Shown here piece by piece: positions 19,921 through 29,563 of a DNA stretch of 64,000 nucleotides (positions within the stretch are counted from its first letter, which is position 1; every line of letters starts with the position of its first letter). A model generated the notes under the pieces. It was not told the origin of the DNA. It ran no database searches and saw only the letters and a program-made list of their open reading frames with translations. The stretch covers positions 3,308-67,307 of the forward strand of contig CAWIBR010000011.1 in the NCBI GenBank assembly GCA_963834425.1, in the 5' to 3' direction. The translations under genes were made by a program, and so were the position numbers. This stretch comes from an uncultured Actinomycetota bacterium (GTDB lineage: Bacteria; Actinomycetota; Actinomycetes; Actinomycetales; CAVURS01).

Positions 19921-20729
19921 TCTCCGGCCATCGACGAGACCCCGATGGCGGTGAGCCGCTCCTCGCGGGTGTCGAGGTCGACGGTCAGGACCTGGTGGTT
20001 GGCCAGCGGTCGCCAGTCGGGGCTGTCGCTGACGATGCCCGAGGAGACGACCGCGACCTGGTCCGGCCGGGTCCGGTAGGCGAGCGGCAGGTACTTCGGC
20101 AGGACCACGCCCGAGGCCAGGTCGTCGGCCGGCCAGACCGGGATGGTGCTGGGCTCCCATTTCCCGTCGTGCTCCGCGATCACCTGCAAGGTCTCCGGGC
20201 CGAGCATCATCGCGTTGAGGCTGTTGCCGACCAGCCCGTGCTCGGCCATCCGGTCCAGCACGCGGCGTACGGCGTCGGCCAGGTCCGCGCCGTCGGCCAG
20301 CTCGTCGCGCAGCGCGAGGAAGTAGCGCTCGCTGTCGGTGCGGCCGCTGACTCGGCCCAGGTCGCCGCGGACCAAGAGGTCGATCTTGGCCCGCGGGCCG
20401 ATCGCTCCGTTGTGGGCGAAGGCCTGCGCCCCGGCGACGAACGGGTGGGTGTTGTCCGGCCCCTCGCCGTAGCCGGGCGTCCCCAACCGCAGGTGCACGA
20501 TGGCCGACCGGGCCGTGCGCCCCTCGGCGAACTCGCGAAAAGCGTTGTCCTGATGGGCAGGCAGCAACGAACGCTGGGTCTGCAGCGCGCCCTGCTCGTC
20601 GTGCCACGCGGCGCCCCAGCCGTCGCAGTGCACGGTCGAGAGATGGGTCAATCGGTCGAGGGCAGCCGGGCCGAGCACGGCCGCGAGTGACGTCGGCTCG
20701 GCGCTCACCCAGCCGACCAGCCGGCACAT
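19917..20729 (-). CDS. Class II (Ntn) glutamine amidotransferase-like hydrolase (EgtC/YafJ-like)
   Basis: N-terminal MCRL (Cys nucleophile), DGWG, HLR, NTHPF, FAHNG and TDSE motifs. Confidence 0.9.
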   Translation of the reverse strand: MCRLVGWVSAEPTSLAAVLGPAALDRLTHLSTVHCDGWGAAWHDEQGALQTQRSLLPAHQDNAFREFAEGRTARSAIVHLRLGTPGYGEGPDNTHPFVAGAQAFAHNGAIGPRAKIDLLVRGDLGRVSGRTDSERYFLALRDELADGADLADAVRRVLDRMAEHGLVGNSLNAMMLGPETLQVIAEHDGKWEPSTIPVWPADDLASGVVLPKYLPLAYRTRPDQVAVVSSGIVSDSPDWRPLANHQVLTVDLDTREERLTAIGVSSMAGE

Positions 20730-21964
20730 CAGGCGCCGCCCGATGTGCGGTCCCAGGCCTGCCGGACCAGACGGCCGAGGATCTCGACGCCGGACCCGAT
20801 GTCGGGCACGGTGGCCCGGCTGTAGGACAGACGGAGGTACTCGTGGTGGTCCTGCCGGCTGAAGAACGCGACGCCGGGCACGAAGGCGACCCCGGCCTCG
20901 CGAGCCTGCGCCGCGAGCTCGACCGTGTCGACGCCGGGCACCTCGAGCCAGCAGAAGAAGCCGCCCTGCGGCTGGGTCCAGGTGACCGACGCGGGCATGT
21001 GGTCGGTCAGGGCCTGGTGCATGGCCGCGCCGCGCTGGGCGTAGAAGTCACGTTCGATCTTGACCTGCGGGCCGAAGTAGCCGCGCCGCAGGTACTCCTC
21101 GACCATCCGCTGCCCGAACGCCCCCGCGCACTGGTCGGAGTTCTGCTTGGCGACGGCGAGCTGCTCGATGATCTCGGCCGGGCCGGCGGCCCACCCCAGC
21201 CGTACGCCGGGGAAGAAGGTCTTGGAGAAGGTGCCCAGCTGCACGACCAGGTCCGGCGCGAGCGAGTGCAGGCTGGGCAGGCGCTCGTCGCTGAAGCCGA
21301 GCTCGCGGTAGGCCACGTCCTCGGCGATCAGGATCTGGTGCGCGCGACACAGCTCCACCAGTGCGTGCCGGCGCTCGAGCGACATGGTGCGCCCGGTCGG
21401 GTTCTGGTACTCCGGGATCGTGTAGACCACCTTGGGCACCTGGCCCCGCTCGACCAGCGCGGCCAGACCGTCGACCACCAGCCCGTGCTCGTCGATCGGC
21501 ACGCCCTGCACGACCGCGTCCTGGCCGGTGAAGCCGGTGACGGCTCCGACGTAGCTCGGCTCCTCGACGACCACGACGTCGCCGGGGTCGAGCATGCTCC
21601 GGGCGATCAGGGTCACCCCGTCGATGCCGCCGCTGGTCACCATCAGCTCGCCCGGCCCGGGTCGCTGACCGTCGATCTCGAACAGGTGGTCGGCGATGGC
21701 CTCGCGGGTGGTGGCGATGCCCTCGCTCGCGGCGTACTGGAGCGCGACTGCCGGGTCGTCGCGGATCAGGTCGGCCGCGATGCTGGCCAGCGCATCGGAG
21801 GGGAAGACCTCGGGCGCGGGGAAGCCGCCCGAGAAGTTGATCAGGCCCTGGGCGTTGGCCAGCGCCAGGATCGCGGTGATCGAGCCGTCCTTGCCGACCG
21901 TGCGCTGCGCCAGCCGAGACGTCCAGGTCATGGTCATGCTCGCCGCCTCCTCCTCAGACCCCAC
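20729..21964 (-). CDS. Class I/II PLP aminotransferase (LysN/2-aminoadipate-type)
   Basis: INFSGGFP, VVEEPSY, YQNPTG, EDVAY and GTFSKTFFPGVRLGW motifs. Confidence 0.9.
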   Translation of the reverse strand: MGSEEEAASMTMTWTSRLAQRTVGKDGSITAILALANAQGLINFSGGFPAPEVFPSDALASIAADLIRDDPAVALQYAASEGIATTREAIADHLFEIDGQRPGPGELMVTSGGIDGVTLIARSMLDPGDVVVVEEPSYVGAVTGFTGQDAVVQGVPIDEHGLVVDGLAALVERGQVPKVVYTIPEYQNPTGRTMSLERRHALVELCRAHQILIAEDVAYRELGFSDERLPSLHSLAPDLVVQLGTFSKTFFPGVRLGWAAGPAEIIEQLAVAKQNSDQCAGAFGQRMVEEYLRRGYFGPQVKIERDFYAQRGAAMHQALTDHMPASVTWTQPQGGFFCWLEVPGVDTVELAAQAREAGVAFVPGVAFFSRQDHHEYLRLSYSRATVPDIGSGVEILGRLVRQAWDRTSGGA

Positions 21965-22002
21965 TCAGACCTCACTCACCTCTCAGATCTGCTCAGATCT
22001 AC

Positions 22003-22797
22003 TCAGACGTACTTGCCCATGCCGCCGGCCACGTCGATGACCGCGCCGGTGATGTAGCTCGCCCGGTCGCTGGCCAGGAAGGTCACCAGTCCCGAGACCT
22101 CCTCCACCGTCCCGAACCGGCCCAGCGGCACCTCGGTCTTGGCCAGGCCGTCCAGGAACGCATCCAGGGACAGGTCCGGCGCCCGGCGGGAGCGGATGTT
22201 CTCCCACTGCGGCGTGACGACGAAGCCGATGTTGACCGAGTTGACCAGGATCGCCTCGGCGCCGAACTCCGTGGCCAGCGCCTTGTTGAGGTTGAGGCAC
22301 GCGGCCCGGTTGACCGTGGTGGCGAAGAACGCCGGGTCGGGGTACTTCGCATAGACCGCGTTGATGTTGATCACCCGAGCGGCCGGGCTGCGACGCAGAT
22401 GCGGCAAAGCCGCTCGGACACAACGGATCTGGGAGAACAGCTTGACGTCGAGGTCGGCGTGCCAGTCCTCGTCGGTCAGGCTCTCGAAGTTGCCGGGGTG
22501 GGCTCCGCCGGCGTTGTTGACCAGGATGTCGATGCCGCCCATGGCCGCGGCCATCGCGTCGACGAACGCCGTGACCTGCGCGGGGTCGGCCACGTCAGCG
22601 ACCGCATGATGTACGCCGCGTGCGCCCTGCGCGGAGACGGCAGCGATGTCGTCGGCCGCAGCCTCGAGCTCGGTGCCATTGCGGGAGCAGATCGCGACGG
22701 CCGCGCCCTCGGCCGCCAGCTCGCGCGCGATGGCCAGCCCGATCCCCTTGGAGCCGCCGGTCACGACCGCGCGGCGCCCGGAGAGCCCTAGCTCCAT
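22003..22797 (-). CDS. Short-chain dehydrogenase/reductase
   Basis: TGGSKGIG and DILVNNAG; atypical active site (no YxxxK; TVNRAA instead). Confidence 0.9.
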   Translation of the reverse strand: MELGLSGRRAVVTGGSKGIGLAIARELAAEGAAVAICSRNGTELEAAADDIAAVSAQGARGVHHAVADVADPAQVTAFVDAMAAAMGGIDILVNNAGGAHPGNFESLTDEDWHADLDVKLFSQIRCVRAALPHLRRSPAARVININAVYAKYPDPAFFATTVNRAACLNLNKALATEFGAEAILVNSVNIGFVVTPQWENIRSRRAPDLSLDAFLDGLAKTEVPLGRFGTVEEVSGLVTFLASDRASYITGAVIDVAGGMGKYV

Positions 22798-23264
22798 CAG
22801 CTCGTCCCGGCGCCTGCGCCCGCCGAGTCGGCCGAGGCCGCCGAGTCGCCGGACTCCGTCGGGAGCGCGGCGCGCGCCGCGTCGAGCAACGTTGCGCGCG
22901 GCGGGTTGAAGACGTCGATCTCGCGACAGCCACCCTCGCGGGCGATGGCACCGTGCGGCACCCACGGCGGGATGACGGCCAGGTCGCCGGGTCGCAGCGT
23001 CCGCTGCTCGCCGTCGATGGTGAAGTCGAGCTCCCCCTCGATCATCAGCACGATCTGCTCCTCGACGTGCACGTGCATCGGCGCCTCGGCGTGCGGGGCG
23101 AAGGTGACGAAGTTGGCCAGCATCTGCTCGCCCAGCACCGGCTGGAAGTTCACACCGGGCGCGAACTCGACGCCGGCCACGTCCTCGACGTGGACGAACC
23201 GGCCCGGCGCCGTCGGCGTACCCCCGGCCTCCAGGCTGAAGTGGGTCTGGTCGCTGGCAGACAT
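22797..23264 (-). CDS. Cupin domain protein
   Basis: PMHVHVEEQ...EGEL and LRPGD...IPPWVPHG motifs. Confidence 0.88.
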   Translation of the reverse strand: MSASDQTHFSLEAGGTPTAPGRFVHVEDVAGVEFAPGVNFQPVLGEQMLANFVTFAPHAEAPMHVHVEEQIVLMIEGELDFTIDGEQRTLRPGDLAVIPPWVPHGAIAREGGCREIDVFNPPRATLLDAARAALPTESGDSAASADSAGAGAGTS

Positions 23265-23329
23265 CTGAGCCTCCGAGGGCGGGGTTCGAAGTGGGCCGGT
23301 GGATCTTGACAGGACTTTACACATGCCAC

Positions 23330-23344
23330 TTGACTACCGGTCAA
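23330..23344. promoter_or_regulatory. Possible operator palindrome in the divergent promoter region
   Basis: TTGAC-taccg-GTCAA flanked by the direct repeat CACATGCCA, in a lower-GC intergenic region. Confidence 0.4.
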
Positions 23345-23425
23345 CGCCTTACGTTTCACATGCCAGTCCCGAAAAGGGCTGGCGCATGCGTCGAGCCCTG
23401 CGGGGCGGATCGGGAGGCCAGCGCG

Positions 23426-24943
23426 ATGGGCGGTCACACCAGCGACATCTCCACCACGGCCGGGATCGGCCGCAGTGGGTTCGTCGCCGAGCACGGGCTG
23501 CACACCCCGGCCCAGCTCGCGGCGGTCGAGGAGGTGCTGGCCCGGATCGACGAGCTCGGCCTGCGCACCATCCGGGTGATCGTCGTCGACCAGCACGGCC
23601 AGCCTCGCGCCAAGTTCTTGTCGCCGCGCGCTGCCTCGGCTGCCTTCACCAACGGCGTCGACTTCTCCGGCGCGATCTACAGCCTGGACACCGGCAACCA
23701 CGTCTTCCCGCCGGCGTTCGCCGATGGCGGCGGCATCGGGATCGAGGAGCTCACCGGCTTCCCCGACGTGGTGATCGTGCCGGACCCGTTCACCTTCCAG
23801 GTCCTGCCCTGGGCACCGGACACCGGCTGGGTCATCTGCGACGCCTACTTCTCCTCCGGCCGGCCGATGCCGCTGGACGGCCGGCGGCTGCTACGCCAAC
23901 AGCTCGACCGGCTGGGCGACCGCGGCCTGCGCTACCTGTCCGGGCTCGAGGTCGAGTTCAACATCTTCCGGCGCTCGTCACCGTTGATCGGGCTGGATCA
24001 GACCGGTCAGCCCGGGCCGCCGCCCGAGGTCGACGTCTTCCAGCTCGGGTACCAGTACCTCTCCGAGGTCCGGATGGACTCGGTCAACGAGACCCTGACC
24101 GCCCTGCGCGACGGGCTCTCGGCCATCGGCCTGCTGCCGCGGTCGATGGAGGACGAGTGGGGCCCGGGCCAGATGGAGTTCAGCTTCAGCCCGATGGAGG
24201 GCCTCGGCTCGGCCGATGCGATGGTGCTCTTCCGCAGCGCCGTGAAGCAGATCTGCCAGCGGCGCGGGTTGCTGGCGTCGTTCATGTGCTGGCCGCACCT
24301 GCCGAACTTCTTCCCTTCGGGCTGGCACCTGCACGGGTCGCTGCTGGATGCCAGCGGGGCCAACGTCTTTGCCTCTGCGGATCAGGTGCTCTCGCCGACG
24401 GCCCAGTCCTACCTGGCCGGCGTGCTCGACCACGCGCAGGCGATGACGCCGTTCGCGACGCCGACCATCAACGGGATCCGGCGGTTCCGGCCCTACTCCT
24501 TCGCGCCCGACCGGGTCGCCTGGGCAGTCGAGAACCGCGGCGCTCTGGTGCGCGTTCAGGGTGGTCCGGGTGACAGCGGCACCCACCTGGAGAACCGGCT
24601 GGGGGAGCCGGCGGCCAACCCCTACCTCTACCTCGCGGCCGACATCGCGGCCGGCCTGGACGGGATCGAGCGCGACCTCACTCCGCCCGAGCCGATCCGT
24701 GGAAACCCTTACGAGAGCGACGCGCCCAGCCTGCCGACGACATTGGGCGAGGCCCTGGATGCACTGGACGCCGACGCGATGTACCGCAAGCAGTTCGGCG
24801 ACGGCTTCGTCGACTACCTGCTGATGATGAAGCGCGAGGAGCTCACCCGGGCTCAGGACGAGACCGCGGGCGAGCTGGTGACCGACGACCCGGATGCGGC
24901 CGCCCGTGACTGGGAGATGAAGGAGTACTTCGAGTTCTACTGA
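23426..24943 (+). CDS. Glutamine synthetase family gamma-glutamyl ligase (TdnQ/AtdA1-like)
   Basis: GLEVEF, EDEWGPGQME, SGWHLH, ENRGALVRV and LENRLGEPAANPYL; N-terminus FVAEHGL...FADGGGIGIEELTG.PD...VPDP.TF.VLPWA..TGW resembles my recollection of TdnQ. Confidence 0.88.
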   Translation: MGGHTSDISTTAGIGRSGFVAEHGLHTPAQLAAVEEVLARIDELGLRTIRVIVVDQHGQPRAKFLSPRAASAAFTNGVDFSGAIYSLDTGNHVFPPAFADGGGIGIEELTGFPDVVIVPDPFTFQVLPWAPDTGWVICDAYFSSGRPMPLDGRRLLRQQLDRLGDRGLRYLSGLEVEFNIFRRSSPLIGLDQTGQPGPPPEVDVFQLGYQYLSEVRMDSVNETLTALRDGLSAIGLLPRSMEDEWGPGQMEFSFSPMEGLGSADAMVLFRSAVKQICQRRGLLASFMCWPHLPNFFPSGWHLHGSLLDASGANVFASADQVLSPTAQSYLAGVLDHAQAMTPFATPTINGIRRFRPYSFAPDRVAWAVENRGALVRVQGGPGDSGTHLENRLGEPAANPYLYLAADIAAGLDGIERDLTPPEPIRGNPYESDAPSLPTTLGEALDALDADAMYRKQFGDGFVDYLLMMKREELTRAQDETAGELVTDDPDAAARDWEMKEYFEFY

Positions 24944-24989
24944 CGTACGCCGAGGCAACGACCCCTGAACCATTGCCTGGAGACAATTG

Positions 24990-25340
24990 ATGACCGTTCA
25001 GCACGTCGTGTTGTTCGCGTTCGCGGAGGAGCTGTCGGCCGCGGACGACTACGAGATGCGGGCCCAGGTCGAGAGCTGGCCGGAGGAGATCGGCCAGATC
25101 AACGTGATCCGGCTCGGCCGCGACATCACCGGTGCGCGCACTCGGGGGCACCAGTACCTGCTCTACACGGAGTTCGACTCCGAGGATCTCCTGCACCGCT
25201 ACCAGCAGCACCCCGTGCACCAAAAGTTCCTGGCCTGGGTCCTCGACCATGACTGCACACCGCTGGCGTTCGACTACGAGCTGACGAAAGACACCGTCAT
25301 CTGGCCGCTGAGCGCGCCGGATTCCCCTGAGGAGCAATGA
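24990..25340 (+). CDS. Dabb (stress-responsive A/B barrel) protein
   Basis: HVVLF, YQQHPVHQ and AFDYE motifs. Confidence 0.82.
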   Translation: MTVQHVVLFAFAEELSAADDYEMRAQVESWPEEIGQINVIRLGRDITGARTRGHQYLLYTEFDSEDLLHRYQQHPVHQKFLAWVLDHDCTPLAFDYELTKDTVIWPLSAPDSPEEQ

Positions 25341-25341
25341 G

Positions 25342-26820
25342 ATGAGCACGACCTCCCAACCGGGCTCCGCACAGCCGGAGCAGCATCTGGCCAAAGGGAC
25401 GCTCTCGACCCTGGACGCCATCGTCATCTCGGTGTCCGTCCTGGCACCCGGCATGGCGATGTTCCTCAACGTCCCCGGCGTCGCCGCCGTAGCCGGAGGC
25501 TCCACGCCGTTGGCCTTCCTGCTCGGCGGGATCGCGTGTCTGGCGCTGGCCTTCGTCGTCATCGGCTTCACCCGGCGGATGGCCGCGGCGGGTTACGCCT
25601 ACACCTACGCCAGCCGGAGCCTGGGCAAATCCGCGGGCTTCATGGCCGGCTGGCTCTATGCCTTCGGGCTGATCTGCTTCGTGCCCATGACGATGGCCGG
25701 GGTGGCCTACCTGACCGTCGACCTGCTGAAGCTGGACTCCGGCTGGTGGTTCCCGATCTTCCTGGTCGGGATGGCCCTCCTGGTGGTGCTGTCGATCATC
25801 CGGATCAAGGTGACGACCAAGTTCCAGCTCATCGTCGGGATCATCTCGGTGGCGCTGATCGTGATCGTCGACCTGGTCGTGACGGCCAAGGGCGGCGCCC
25901 ACGGCAACTCGCTCCAGCCGTTCACCTTCGCGCACACCAACAAGGGCGGCTTCAACGGAGTCTTCTACGGGATCATCCTCGGCATCACGTCGTACATCGG
26001 CTTCGAGACCGCGGCCGACTTCGGCGAGGAGACGGCCAACCCCCGCAAGGCCATCCCGATCGCCGTGCTGGCCTCGGTCGGTTTCGCGATCGTGTTCTAC
26101 CTGTGGACCACCTACAGCCTGACCATCGGTTTCGGCGACGGTGCGAAGTTCGGCTCCGACCCCTCGGCGCTGAAGACGATCGCGGAGGAGTTCGTCGGCG
26201 GACCATTGCCACAGCTGCTCGAGATCGGCGCGCTGCTCTCGGCGTTCGTCGTCTGCGTCGGCTGCGCGACGGCCGGGACCCGCACGCTCTTCGCCATGGG
26301 CCGCGAGGGCGTGCTGCCGGGCTGGCTGGCCAAGACCCACCCCAGGTTCCAGACACCGGCCAATGCCACCTTGGCCGTCGCCGCCGTGAGCACGGTGCTC
26401 GCGGCATTCGTCGGCTTCGTCATGGGGCAGGACGCGCTGGGCGGGGACGCGATCACCGTCTACTACTTCTTCGCCACCCTCGGCACGCTGCCGGTCATCG
26501 TGGTCTACATCGGGCTCTGCCTGGGTGGAGCGGTCTTCTTCAAGCGGACCCAAAAGTCCTACAACCCGCTGATCCACCTCGTGGTGCCGATCATCGGTGC
26601 CCTGCTGTTCGCCGCCGCGCTCTACGGCTCGATCTACCCGACTCCGCCGCACCCGCTGAACTACACGCCGTACATCACGCTCATCTGGATCATCATCGGC
26701 GTGATCGTGGTGTCGATGCTGCGCTCGCGACGGCCCGAGGCCGTCCAGCGGATCGGCTCGATCCTCGGCGAAGAGGGCGGCGGGGAAGAGGACCTCGAGC
26801 ACGTGGTCGCCAAGATCTGA
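25342..26820 (+). CDS. APC family amino acid/amine permease
   Basis: About 12 TM segments; GYAYTY, GFETAADFGEETANP and RTLFAMGREGVLP..L.KTHP.FQTP motifs. Confidence 0.92.
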   Translation: MSTTSQPGSAQPEQHLAKGTLSTLDAIVISVSVLAPGMAMFLNVPGVAAVAGGSTPLAFLLGGIACLALAFVVIGFTRRMAAAGYAYTYASRSLGKSAGFMAGWLYAFGLICFVPMTMAGVAYLTVDLLKLDSGWWFPIFLVGMALLVVLSIIRIKVTTKFQLIVGIISVALIVIVDLVVTAKGGAHGNSLQPFTFAHTNKGGFNGVFYGIILGITSYIGFETAADFGEETANPRKAIPIAVLASVGFAIVFYLWTTYSLTIGFGDGAKFGSDPSALKTIAEEFVGGPLPQLLEIGALLSAFVVCVGCATAGTRTLFAMGREGVLPGWLAKTHPRFQTPANATLAVAAVSTVLAAFVGFVMGQDALGGDAITVYYFFATLGTLPVIVVYIGLCLGGAVFFKRTQKSYNPLIHLVVPIIGALLFAAALYGSIYPTPPHPLNYTPYITLIWIIIGVIVVSMLRSRRPEAVQRIGSILGEEGGGEEDLEHVVAKI

Positions 26821-26826
26821 CCCGTC

Positions 26827-26911
26827 CGTGCTCGCCGGATGCCGATTTCCCGGTCCGATTCGGGCCTAGAAATCGGCGTTCGGCGAGCAAAGCAGCCGTC
26901 GGCGAGCACGA
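26827..26911. repeat. Long imperfect palindrome (terminator/REP-like)
   Basis: TGCTCGCCGGATGCCGATTTC...GAAATCGGCGTTCGGCGAGCA plus an extra CGGCGAGCACG arm; between convergent genes. Confidence 0.65.
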
Positions 26912-26922
26912 GCGGGGTCAGC

Positions 26923-27573
26923 TCAGGCCGGGGCGGGCAGGAGGCTGGTGGTGAGGGTGTCGGCCAGCCATCGCTCGTAGCGCTTGGCCGACCAGCCGTT
27001 GACGTCGCGCAGCATCCGGTGCACCTCGGGGGAGGTCAGCGCCCAGATCGTCGCCCCGGCATCGGCCCGGGTCAGGCCCTCCCGCAGCGGTCCGCGGGCC
27101 GCGATCCAGCCGGCCACCGTGCGCATTGCCTCGCGCCGCTCGTCGTTCTGGATGTGCTGGCGCAGCTGGGCGGCCGCGGGGTCGACCGCCGCCGCGCCGG
27201 CCAGGATGTCGTCGATCGGGCGCAGGCGCTCGAGCTGCCCGGTCATGCCGGCCGCGAACATCGCGATCTGCCGCCGCTGGTCCGGCTCGGCGCGCATGGC
27301 TTGGGGCTGCTCGCGATCGAGCATCGGCACGTCCTGGTCGTCACCGCCGACCGCCTGCTGCATCAGCGCGCGCAGGAGCCCGAGCTTGGTCCCGAACACC
27401 TTGTAGATCGTGTCGGGGGAGACCGATGCCTGCTGGGCGACGGCAGCGAGCGACGTCGCCGGATAGCCCTGCGCGGCAAAGAGATCGCGCGCGCTCGCCA
27501 ACACTCGACGACGGGTCTGGTCGGCCTGCGCTGCCCGCAGGGGTGAGCGATAGCTCCGTTGTTGGTTGACGAC
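26923..27573 (-). CDS. TetR family regulator
   Basis: RSYRSPLRAAQADQTRRRVLASARDLF..QGY.ATSL..VA..ASVS.DTIY..FGTK; AAGGAGG precedes in-frame GTC codons. Confidence 0.9.
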   Translation of the reverse strand, partial: VVNQQRSYRSPLRAAQADQTRRRVLASARDLFAAQGYPATSLAAVAQQASVSPDTIYKVFGTKLGLLRALMQQAVGGDDQDVPMLDREQPQAMRAEPDQRRQIAMFAAGMTGQLERLRPIDDILAGAAAVDPAAAQLRQHIQNDERREAMRTVAGWIAARGPLREGLTRADAGATIWALTSPEVHRMLRDVNGWSAKRYERWLADTLTTSLLPAPA

Positions 27574-27586
27574 CGTCCTCCTTTAG

Positions 27587-27632
27587 TTCTAGTCTCACTA
27601 GATCCAATCTAGTGTCACTCGAATCAATCTAG
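27587..27632. promoter_or_regulatory. Putative TetR operator array
   Basis: Palindrome CACTAGAT-cca-ATCTAGTG (27596-27614); TCTAG recurs three times at 20-bp spacing. Confidence 0.7.
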
Positions 27633-27677
27633 CTGGCCTGGGGTGTGACAGCACCGCCCGGCCGTACGGAGGATGGT

Positions 27678-28145
27678 ATGACCTCGCTCACCACCGCACC
27701 GAACACCTCGGAGCCCACGCGCTCCGCGGCGTACGACGTGTTGCACCGCATGTTCACCGAAGGCTTCGCCACGGGCGACGACAGCATCGTCGACGAGCTC
27801 TGCAGCCCGGACCTGGTCGAGCACCAGTTCGGGCTGGCCGGCTCGGGCGCCGACGCGGTCGCCGGCGTCAAGGCCGCCATCCGGGACGTCCACGGGAGCT
27901 TCCCCGATCTCGTCTTCACCATCGAGGACTCGGTCGAGTCCGGCGACCGGATCTGGGTCCGCGTGCGCGGCCGCGGCACCGCGAGCGGTCCGTTCTTCGG
28001 TCCGCCGAGCGGGCGGCCGCTGGACTTCCTGGTCTTCGACCAGGCCCGGGTCGTCGACGGCCGGATCGTCGAGCACTGGGGCGTGCCCGACCGGTTCGCC
28101 GTCCTGGCCCAGAGCGGCCTGCTCGAGCGCCTCGCCCCGCGCTGA
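27678..28145 (+). CDS. SnoaL-like ester cyclase
   Basis: SFPDLVFTIED...GDRIWVR, PPSGR and DGRIVEHWGVPD motifs. Confidence 0.85.
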   Translation: MTSLTTAPNTSEPTRSAAYDVLHRMFTEGFATGDDSIVDELCSPDLVEHQFGLAGSGADAVAGVKAAIRDVHGSFPDLVFTIEDSVESGDRIWVRVRGRGTASGPFFGPPSGRPLDFLVFDQARVVDGRIVEHWGVPDRFAVLAQSGLLERLAPR

Positions 28146-28203
28146 CACCCCCTCGCGCACCTCCATTCGCAGCCCGACCCGACAGAAAGCAGGACTCAGC
28201 ACC

Positions 28204-29529
28204 ATGGCTCGCATCCTGGTGGCCACCACCCCCGTGCCCGGGCACGTCAACCCGGTCGCCACGTTGACCCGACGACTCGTCGAGCGCGGCAACGAGGTCG
28301 TCTGGTACACCGGCGCCGGATTCGCCGCTGCCGTCGAGGCAACCGGCGCGCGGCACGCGCCCATCACCCACCGCGCCGACTGGAGCCTGGTCAACCCGCA
28401 CGATCAGGTCCCGCAGCTGCGCGACCTGACCGGGCTCGATCAGGTCCGCACGGCGTTCCGGCACCTCTTCATCGACGCTGCGCCCGACACCCTGGCCGAT
28501 CTGGAGACCATCCTGGAGACCTTCGACGCCGACGTCGTCGTCGCCAACGGGCTGGTGATCGCCGACCGCTGGCTGGCCGAGCGCGGCGGCCCGCCGAGCG
28601 CCAACATCGCCACGACGATGTACGGCCTCTACAGCAAGGACACCGCGCCGTTCGGGCCCGCGCTGATGCCGAAGGGCGGCCCGGTTGGGCGGCTGCGCAA
28701 CACGGCGATGAACACCGTGCACCGCAAGGTGCTCTTCCGCTCGGTCAACCGGCACCTCGACGACGCCCGCGAGCAGGTCGGCCTGCCGCGACGCGGCCAG
28801 GCCGTGCTCGACTCGTTCCTCTCGCCGTACCTCTATCTGCAGGACTGCACGCCCTCGTTCGAGTACCCACGCTCGGACATCCCGCCGCAGCTGCACTTCA
28901 TCGGCCCGCTGCTGCCGTCGGCGCCGACCGACTTCGAGCCGCCCGCGTGGTGGCCCGAGCTCGAGTCCGGCCGGCCGGTGGTGCTCGTGACCCAGGGCAC
29001 GGTGCGCAACGAGGACGACCTCCTCTTCGCGCCGGCCTTCGAGGCGCTCGCCGGCGAGGACGTTCTGGTGATCGCCACGACCGGTGGGGGCTCGCCGCGG
29101 CTCGGCCCGCTGCCGGCCAACGTCCGCCTCGAGTCCTACGTCCCCTTCGCATCGCTGATGCCGCACGTCTCGGCCTACGTCACCAACGGCGGGTACGGCG
29201 GGGTGCAGCTCGCCCTGGCCAACGGCGTGCCGATCGTCGTGTCCGGTGCCACCGAGGACAAGCCCGAGGTCGCAGCCCGGGTGGCCTGGTCGGGCGCCGG
29301 TGTGCGGATCCGGGAGCCGAGGCCTCAGGCGGCCGCGATCCGGGCGGCCGTGCGGACCGTGCTGGACGACCCGTCGTACCGGCTGGCCGCCGGCCGGATT
29401 GCGACCGACATCGCGGCGAGCGACGCCCCGGAGACCGGCGCTCGACTGGTCGAGCGGTTGGCCGCCACGGGCCAGCCGGTGCTGCGCTCCGATCTGTCGG
29501 CGGAGCCGGTGCTGGACCGGGCGATGTGA
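28204..29529 (+). CDS. GT1 (UDPGT/MGT-like) glycosyltransferase
   Basis: GHVNP, VLVTQGT and YVTNGGYGGVQLALANGVPIV...EDKPE.AARV.W.GAG motifs. Confidence 0.9.
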   Translation: MARILVATTPVPGHVNPVATLTRRLVERGNEVVWYTGAGFAAAVEATGARHAPITHRADWSLVNPHDQVPQLRDLTGLDQVRTAFRHLFIDAAPDTLADLETILETFDADVVVANGLVIADRWLAERGGPPSANIATTMYGLYSKDTAPFGPALMPKGGPVGRLRNTAMNTVHRKVLFRSVNRHLDDAREQVGLPRRGQAVLDSFLSPYLYLQDCTPSFEYPRSDIPPQLHFIGPLLPSAPTDFEPPAWWPELESGRPVVLVTQGTVRNEDDLLFAPAFEALAGEDVLVIATTGGGSPRLGPLPANVRLESYVPFASLMPHVSAYVTNGGYGGVQLALANGVPIVVSGATEDKPEVAARVAWSGAGVRIREPRPQAAAIRAAVRTVLDDPSYRLAAGRIATDIAASDAPETGARLVERLAATGQPVLRSDLSAEPVLDRAM

Positions 29530-29563
29530 GCGACGGTCCAGAGCGATCGGCGGGGTTGCGGGT

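Noticed and set aside
23426-24943. Housekeeping glutamine synthetase glnA
   Set aside because: The N-terminus and gene context fit gamma-glutamyl-amine ligases, so no symbol was assigned.
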